Part shown: positions 58,430 through 64,000 of the stretch, one piece after another
Layout of the letters: the number at the start of each line of letters is the position of its first letter
Position numbering within the stretch: position 1 is the stretch's first letter
Origin: Candidatus Multivorans sp.
GTDB taxonomy: Bacteria; Acidobacteriota; Thermoanaerobaculia; Multivoradales; Multivoraceae
DNA length: 64,000 nucleotides
Reading direction: 5' to 3'
Assembly: GCA_965203495.1 (NCBI GenBank)
Contig: CBDBDB010000002.1
Coordinates: 3,115 to 67,114, forward strand
Position numbers and translations under genes: made by a program
The notes under the pieces: generated by a model
What the model saw: the letters and a program-made list of their open reading frames with translations, nothing else
What the model was told of the DNA's origin: nothing
The model's database searches: none

Positions 58430-59592
58430 CTCTTCGGCAAGCCCAGCACCTTCTCCGCGATGTGGCAGAGAATGAGCTGCGGACTCACCGGAGCGAGCCG
58501 CGGGATCATCGCTTCCCGCATCAGCCGCTCGACGTGGAACTCCTTCGCGTAGCCCATGCCGCCGTGCGTCATGACCGCCTGCGTGCAGGCCTTGAAGCCG
58601 GCTTCGGCGCCGAGATACTTCGCTGCGTTGGCGTAGTGACCGCAAGGTTCGCCGCGGTCATACAGGGACGCGGCCTTCATCGCCATGAGGAACGCGGCCT
58701 CCAGTTCCATCCAGCACTCCGCCAGCGGATGCTGAATCGACTGGTTCCGGCCGATCGGCCGACCGAAGACCCGGCGCTCGCGGGCGTAACCCGTAGCCCG
58801 CTCCAGCGCATTGCGGCCGACCCCCACGGCCTCGATGCCAATCAGGATCCGCTCCGGGTTCAGGCTGTGCAGGACGTACTCGAAGCCCCGACCCTCCTCG
58901 CCGATCAGGTCCTCGGCCGGCGCCTCGAGTCCGTCGATGAACAGTTCGTTCGAGTCCACGGCGGCCCGGCCCATCTTCGGAATCCGCCGGACCTCGACTC
59001 GGGACCGATCGAGCGTCGTGTAGAACAGGGAAAGTCCCCTGGTCGCCTTCCCCGTATCGGCCCGCGGCGTCGTCCGCGCAAGCAGCATGACGCGGTCCGC
59101 CTCCTGGGCGGTCGTGGTCCAGATCTTGCGGCCATGGACGACGTAGCCGCCGTCCGGCCGCCGCTCGGCGCGGGTCGTGATCGCCGTGGTCTCCAGCCCC
59201 GCGTCGGGCTCGGTGACCGCGAAGCAGGTCTTCGCCCGACCCTCGATCAGTTCCGGCAGGAACCGCTGTCGCTGCTCCTCCGTCCCGAAGACGACGATCG
59301 GGTGCGGACCGAAGATGTTGATGTGGATCGCCGACGCCGCGCTCATGCCGCCGCCCGCGCGGGCCACCTCGTGCATCGCCAGAGCGGCCTCGGTGACGCC
59401 CAGGCCGGAACCGCCGTACGCCTCCGGGATGGCGATGCCGAGCGCGCCGCACTCGGCCATGGCGCGGTGGAACTCGTTCGGGAATCGCGCCTCCCTGTCC
59501 ACCGCGAGCCAGTACTCGTCGTCGAAGCCCGCGCAGGTGCGCGCGATTCCCTCGCAGAGGGCCCGCTGCCGTCCGGTGAGGGCAAAGTCCAT
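58423..59592 (-). CDS. Acyl-CoA dehydrogenase
   Basis: IPEAYGGSGLG, FAVTEPDAG, GRKIWTT, LNPERI, FGRPIGRNQSIQHPLA, HGGMGYAKEF. Confidence 0.93.
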   Translation of the reverse strand: MDFALTGRQRALCEGIARTCAGFDDEYWLAVDREARFPNEFHRAMAECGALGIAIPEAYGGSGLGVTEAALAMHEVARAGGGMSAASAIHINIFGPHPIVVFGTEEQRQRFLPELIEGRAKTCFAVTEPDAGLETTAITTRAERRPDGGYVVHGRKIWTTTAQEADRVMLLARTTPRADTGKATRGLSLFYTTLDRSRVEVRRIPKMGRAAVDSNELFIDGLEAPAEDLIGEEGRGFEYVLHSLNPERILIGIEAVGVGRNALERATGYARERRVFGRPIGRNQSIQHPLAECWMELEAAFLMAMKAASLYDRGEPCGHYANAAKYLGAEAGFKACTQAVMTHGGMGYAKEFHVERLMREAMIPRLAPVSPQLILCHIAEKVLGLPKSY

Positions 59593-59647
59593 CGCTACGC
59601 CGCGCTCGCTTGCGCCTCGCTCATCAGTCGATCGCCTCGCTCGCCCG

Positions 59648-59989
59648 TCAGCCGGGCGCGGAAGGCAGGAGGACATACCGCGCCAGCGCGGCGAAACCGC
59701 CGATCAGGATCAGCGCCGCGGTCCAGATCAGCGTCAACCGCTGCCACCGTTCCAGGTGGTCCAGCGCCCGGACCCGCCGCAGGAGGCCGCGCAGCAGGAA
59801 CGGCATGGACGCGCCCCAGACCAGGAGCAGACCCAGGAGCAGCCACGAGGTCGGCGAGAAGCCCTGCAACACGGCCAGCGCACCGATCGCGAAGAGGAGC
59901 GCGATTCGCACCACGACGCGCACGAAGCGCAGGCTCCCGGCCTGCTGCCGACTGAGCCGATCCCGCCGGTCGCTGAAGTCGATGGCCAC
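59648..59989 (-). CDS. Small hypothetical membrane protein
   Basis: 113 aa with three hydrophobic segments, in operon orientation. Confidence 0.6.
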   Translation of the reverse strand: MAIDFSDRRDRLSRQQAGSLRFVRVVVRIALLFAIGALAVLQGFSPTSWLLLGLLLVWGASMPFLLRGLLRRVRALDHLERWQRLTLIWTAALILIGGFAALARYVLLPSAPG

Positions 59990-60000
59990 CTCCCGGCCCC

Positions 60001-60402
60001 TCAGACGCCCGCCGTCCGCGCGCGCAGCGCGTCGACGTTCGCCTCCCAGTTCACGCCGTCGAAGGGAAAGACATCGATCGCCTCGACCGTCTCCCGATCA
60101 AGGCAGCGCGCATTGACGCTGTAGCCGTCCGGGTGGGAGCGCGGAACGTAGAACGACTTGATCCCGCACACCGAGCAGAACAGATGGTTCGCCGCGCCGG
60201 TACCGAACCGGTAACTGGTCAGGGCGGCCTCGCCGCCGAGCAGCCGGAAACCCGCCTTCTCGACCAGCAGGTGCAGGAACCCGCCGCGGCTGCAGACCGA
60301 GCAGTTGCACTCGGCGACCCGAAGTCGAGCCGGCGCCTCGACCTCGAAACGCACCCGGCCGCAGTGGCAGCCGCCTCTGTGCGTGACCTGCCCAGCCGTC
60401 AC
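60001..60402 (-). CDS. GFA/CENP-V family protein
   Basis: GGCHCGRVRF, CNCSVC, HLFCSVCG, YVPRSHPDG. Confidence 0.92.
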   Translation of the reverse strand: MTAGQVTHRGGCHCGRVRFEVEAPARLRVAECNCSVCSRGGFLHLLVEKAGFRLLGGEAALTSYRFGTGAANHLFCSVCGIKSFYVPRSHPDGYSVNARCLDRETVEAIDVFPFDGVNWEANVDALRARTAGV

Positions 60403-60413
60403 GACGGTCTCGA

Positions 60414-62582
60414 TCAGGAGTCGCCGAGACCGGCCAGATCGAGCAGGAAGGCATAGACCAGGGCCGTCTCGCGGTAACGGTCGTAGCGCCCGGACGCGCC
60501 GCCGTGGCCGGCGCCCATGTTCGTCTCGAGCAGCAGCAGGTTGTCGTCCGTCTTCCTGGCCCGCAGCCGCGCCACCCACTTCGCCGGTTCCCAGTACTGG
60601 ACCTGGGAGTCGTGCAGACCCGTTGTCACCAGCAGGTTGGGATAATCCCGCGCCTCCACGTTGTCGTACGGCGAGTAGGAGAGCATGTAGTCGTAGTACT
60701 CGCGAACCCTCGGGTCGCCCCATTCGTCCCACTCGAAGGTGGTGAGCGGGATGCTCGCGTCCAGCATCGTGGTCACGACGTCGACGAAGGGAACTCTGGC
60801 CACGACGCCGTCCCAGAGGTCGGGCCGCATCGTGAACACCGCGCCCGCCAGCAGGCCCCCGGCGCTGCCTCCCATCGCGTAGATCCGGTCCGGATCCGCG
60901 TAGCCTTCGGCCACGAGGCGCTCGGCGACGGCGATGAAGTCGGTGAACGTGTTCTTCTTGTGAAGCAGCTTGCCGTTCTCGTACCAGGATCGGCCCATCT
61001 CCTCGCCGCCGCGGACGTGGGCTATCGCGTAGACGAAGCCGCGGTCGATCAGGCTGAGAAGAGACGAACTGAACGACGCATCCATGCTCGCGCCATAGGA
61101 ACCGTAGCCGTAGAGCAACAGCGGAGCCGTGCCCTCCCCGGTGCGCAGGTCGGGCCGGTAGACGAGCGACACCGGCACCTGGACGCCGTCCTCGGCCGTC
61201 GCCCACAACCGTTCGCTCCGGTAGTTCGCGGCGTCGAAACCGCCAAGCACCCGGTCCTGCTTGCGCAGGGTCTTCTCCCGGGTCGCCGGGTCGTAGTCGA
61301 ACACGGAACGCGGCGTGGTCAGCGACTGGTAGACGTAGCGGAGCGTGCCGGACGACGGGTCCGGGTTGACGCCGATGCCGGCCGACCAGGTCGGTTCGCC
61401 GAAGTCCAGGTCGTGGCCCGTGACGGCGCCGTCCCCGGCGCCGGGCTCTCCGCCTCGCGGCTCGACGCGGAGGCGTTCCAGACCCTCGCGCCTCTCCGCC
61501 AGCACCAAGAAGCGATCGAACAGCTCGAAGCCCTCGAACAACACGTCGTCTCGGTGCGGCAGTTCCTCGCGCCAGGCCGCGCGGTCGGTGTCTCCCTCGG
61601 CGGTCGACATCAGCCGGAAGTTCGGCGCCCCGTCGTTCGTCCGCACCCAGAAGCGGTCGCCCAGGTGATCGACGCCGTACTCGTGGCGCTCTCCACGCGG
61701 CTCGAAGACGACGAAGTCTCCGTCCGGATCGTCGGCCCGCAGGATGCGCACCTCCGTGCGCAGCGTGTGAACCGAAGTCGCCAGCAGGTACTTCCGCGAC
61801 TGCGTTCGCCCCAGGAACACGCTGAACGTCTCGTCCGGTTCCTCGTAGACGAGTTCGTCCGGCGCGGTGGAACCCAGGCGGTGGCGGTACACCTGGTATG
61901 CGCGCAGCGTGTCGGGATCCTGGCGAACGTAGAACAGGGTCGCGCTGTCGGCGGCCCAGACGAGATTCGCCGTCACGTCCGGGATCTCGTCCGCGAGGAT
62001 CTCGCCGCTTGTCAGGTCCTTGAACCGAACGGTGTAGAACCGGCGCCCCACGTCGTCCACGGCCCAGGCCAGGATCCGGTGGTCCGGACTGACGGATGGA
62101 CGGACCGCCGTGTACTCCTTGCCGGCGGCGACCTCATTCACGTCGATCAGCACCTCCTCGGCGTCGGGATCCTGATCGCCGCCGAAGACGTCGCCGGCGG
62201 CCGCCCTGCGGCCGTGGATCGGGTACTGCTTCCCCTCCTCGTAGCGGGTGTAGTACCAGTAGTCCCCGTCACGGTAGGGAACGGACGAATCGTCCTCGAC
62301 GATCCGACCGCGGATCTCCGCGAACAGGCTCTCCTGGAGCGCCTCGGTGTGCGCCATGGCGGCGTCGACCCAGGCGTTCTCCGCTTCGAGGTGCGCGATC
62401 ACCTCCGGGTTCTCTCGTTCCCGGAGCCAGTAGTACTCGTCGACCCGCACGTCGCCGTGGGTCTCCAGCTCGTGGGGGCGCGGCTCGGCGAGCGGCGGGT
62501 CGCCCGGGCCCGCCGCGGGGGCGGCGCAGGACGTCACGGCGGCGACGGCCAGAAGAAGGAAGGCGGCAGATGTCCTTGACAT
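60414..62582 (-). CDS. ptrB: Oligopeptidase B (S9A), lipoprotein
   Basis: HGDVRVDEYYWLR, YGYGSYG, HVRGGEEMG, KKNTFTDF, GGSAGG, HDSQVQYWEPAKW, GHGGASGR. Lipobox VTSC. Confidence 0.93.
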   Translation of the reverse strand: MSRTSAAFLLLAVAAVTSCAAPAAGPGDPPLAEPRPHELETHGDVRVDEYYWLRERENPEVIAHLEAENAWVDAAMAHTEALQESLFAEIRGRIVEDDSSVPYRDGDYWYYTRYEEGKQYPIHGRRAAAGDVFGGDQDPDAEEVLIDVNEVAAGKEYTAVRPSVSPDHRILAWAVDDVGRRFYTVRFKDLTSGEILADEIPDVTANLVWAADSATLFYVRQDPDTLRAYQVYRHRLGSTAPDELVYEEPDETFSVFLGRTQSRKYLLATSVHTLRTEVRILRADDPDGDFVVFEPRGERHEYGVDHLGDRFWVRTNDGAPNFRLMSTAEGDTDRAAWREELPHRDDVLFEGFELFDRFLVLAERREGLERLRVEPRGGEPGAGDGAVTGHDLDFGEPTWSAGIGVNPDPSSGTLRYVYQSLTTPRSVFDYDPATREKTLRKQDRVLGGFDAANYRSERLWATAEDGVQVPVSLVYRPDLRTGEGTAPLLLYGYGSYGASMDASFSSSLLSLIDRGFVYAIAHVRGGEEMGRSWYENGKLLHKKNTFTDFIAVAERLVAEGYADPDRIYAMGGSAGGLLAGAVFTMRPDLWDGVVARVPFVDVVTTMLDASIPLTTFEWDEWGDPRVREYYDYMLSYSPYDNVEARDYPNLLVTTGLHDSQVQYWEPAKWVARLRARKTDDNLLLLETNMGAGHGGASGRYDRYRETALVYAFLLDLAGLGDS

Positions 62583-62613
62583 GGGTGCGAGAGTGTAGCC
62601 CGCCGATCGGCCA

Positions 62614-63552
62614 TCAGCTGCGCTCCCACAGCAGAATGGCGGCAAACAGGTCCTCCAGTGCGGCGCCGACCGACTTGAACAGCGTGATCTCGGACGCGTC
62701 ACGGCGGCCGTCGTGCCGACCGCTGCACAGCTCGTGGAGATCGCCGGCCACGTCGTCGGCCTTCAGCGCGCCCGACTCGATCGGTTGAACGAGGTCGCCG
62801 GCCTCGACCAGCGCACCGTCCCGCGTGTCGACGAACACGCTGGAACGACGCACCGCCTCGTCGTCCGCCTCGCGCATCGCCGGCGTGAAGCCGCCGACCA
62901 GGTCGACATGCATGCCGGCGCGCAGCCAGTCGCCCGGAATCAGGGGTTCCGTGGCCAGGGTCGCGACGCTCACGATGTCGGCCCCGCGAACCGCCGCCTC
63001 GAGCTCGCTGGCCGTCCTCGTCGAGAGCCCTTCGAGCAGCGGCGACCGAGACGCGGCGAGCGCGCGCTCGGGCCGGCGACCCCAGAACTCGACCTCGAGT
63101 TCGGGGCGCACGGCGGCGTGCGCCCCGGCCAGATGAGGCGCCAGATTGCCCGTGCCGACCACGAGCAGGCGGCGGGCGTCCGCACGGGCGAGGAACCGCG
63201 CCGCGAGCGCCGACGCCGCCGCGGTGCGCCGGAGCGTCAGTTCGAGACCGTCGATCAGGGCCAGCGGCTCGCCGGTCTCTCCCGACGCCAGGATGTAGCT
63301 GGCCTGAACGGCGCCGAGGCCGCGCGAGGCGTTGCCCGGGAACACGGACGCCACCTTGACCCCAAGGTAGCCGCCAACGGTCCAGGCCGGCATCAGGAGC
63401 AGCGTCGCTTCGGGGTCGCCGGCCGGCGCCTCGACCCCATGGTGGTGGCGCACCGGCATCTCGCAACCCTGGCGGAAACCCGCTGCGAGGGCGTCCACCA
63501 CGGCGGCCCAGGGGAGCAGCTCGGCGGTCCGGGCGGCATCGAATACCTTCAT
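62614..63552 (-). CDS. Ornithine cyclodeaminase/mu-crystallin family protein
   Basis: LLMPAW, GVKVASVFPGN, RRTAAASALA, HVDLVG...MREAD, LFKSVGAALED. Confidence 0.92.
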   Translation of the reverse strand: MKVFDAARTAELLPWAAVVDALAAGFRQGCEMPVRHHHGVEAPAGDPEATLLLMPAWTVGGYLGVKVASVFPGNASRGLGAVQASYILASGETGEPLALIDGLELTLRRTAAASALAARFLARADARRLLVVGTGNLAPHLAGAHAAVRPELEVEFWGRRPERALAASRSPLLEGLSTRTASELEAAVRGADIVSVATLATEPLIPGDWLRAGMHVDLVGGFTPAMREADDEAVRRSSVFVDTRDGALVEAGDLVQPIESGALKADDVAGDLHELCSGRHDGRRDASEITLFKSVGAALEDLFAAILLWERS

Positions 63553-63680
63553 GACGCTGGCGGAGGATAGTCTCACTCGCGATGACTCACCACAAGGAAC
63601 TCGAAGAGAACGCCCACGGCATCCACTCCCGGTTCACGGGACACGCCGACGAACGCCGTCCGTCGCGGACGCTCCGGAAC

Positions 63681-64000
63681 ATGAACAGGCGCCGGTTGTG
63701 GCCGGCGCTGGCCGCGGCGCCGCTCGCCCTGGCCTGCGCCGCCTTGGCCTGCAGCGTTCCGGCCGACGCCCCGGGTACCGAAGCGGCCGGCGGAGGCGCC
63801 GCCGTCGGCGCAGTCCCCGAAGGCGCGCCCCGGCTCGTTCTCCTGATCGTCGTCGACCAGATGCGCGGCGATTACCTGGAGCGCTTCGGCCCGCTGCTGA
63901 ACCACGGGCTGGCCCGGCTGCTCCGCGAGGGCGTCGTGTTCACGGATGCCCACCACTTCCACGCCGCCACCGAGACCGCACCCGGACACGCGACCCTGGC
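63681..64000 (+). CDS. Alkaline phosphatase superfamily protein (PafA/phosphodiesterase-like), 3'-partial
   Basis: Signal/lipobox (ALAC), RLVLLIVVDQMRGDYL, TETAPGHATL (Thr nucleophile motif). Confidence 0.85.
   Translation, partial: MNRRRLWPALAAAPLALACAALACSVPADAPGTEAAGGGAAVGAVPEGAPRLVLLIVVDQMRGDYLERFGPLLNHGLARLLREGVVFTDAHHFHAATETAPGHATL

Overview
A high-GC bacterial chromosomal window. I found no rRNA, tRNA or CRISPR array. The gene content suggests a host-associated (for example sponge-type) Acidobacteriota-like organism: FN3/Calx-beta/PKD surface proteins, F420-type LLM oxidoreductases, TonB fusions and DUF1640. This taxonomy is inference only. Most of the window is ordinary metabolism and transport: an SSS symporter operon with an acyl-CoA ligase, a GMC oxidoreductase pair, PatB, HPF, an HDAC-family protein, an MFS transporter, modABC, a GGT-like hydrolase, a peptide ABC binding protein, ugd/uxs, vapBC, ctaA/cyoE, map, a TonB-dependent receptor, folP-folB/folK and oligopeptidase B. 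Four accessory features stand out. (1) An eroded zone at about 15.6-24 kb holds internally deleted gene remnants, a truncated ISL3 abutting a DISARM drmB-like (DUF1998) remnant, a low-GC orphan gene and many single-base indels. (2) Two tandem giant surface proteins (about 29.9-37.2 kb) have different passenger domains but share a near-identical Gly-linker/PKD/unknown C-terminal module. (3) A class III-type PHA cluster (phaC-phaE-phasin/phaR) is bracketed by an inverted 53-bp repeat and has a TAG at a conserved Trp position of phaC. (4) A 168-nt nested hairpin with strand-specific G-U pairs lies upstream of ctaA-cyoE. All calls come from motif recognition and hand alignment without database searches. 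Hand-derived coordinates may be off by a few bases.
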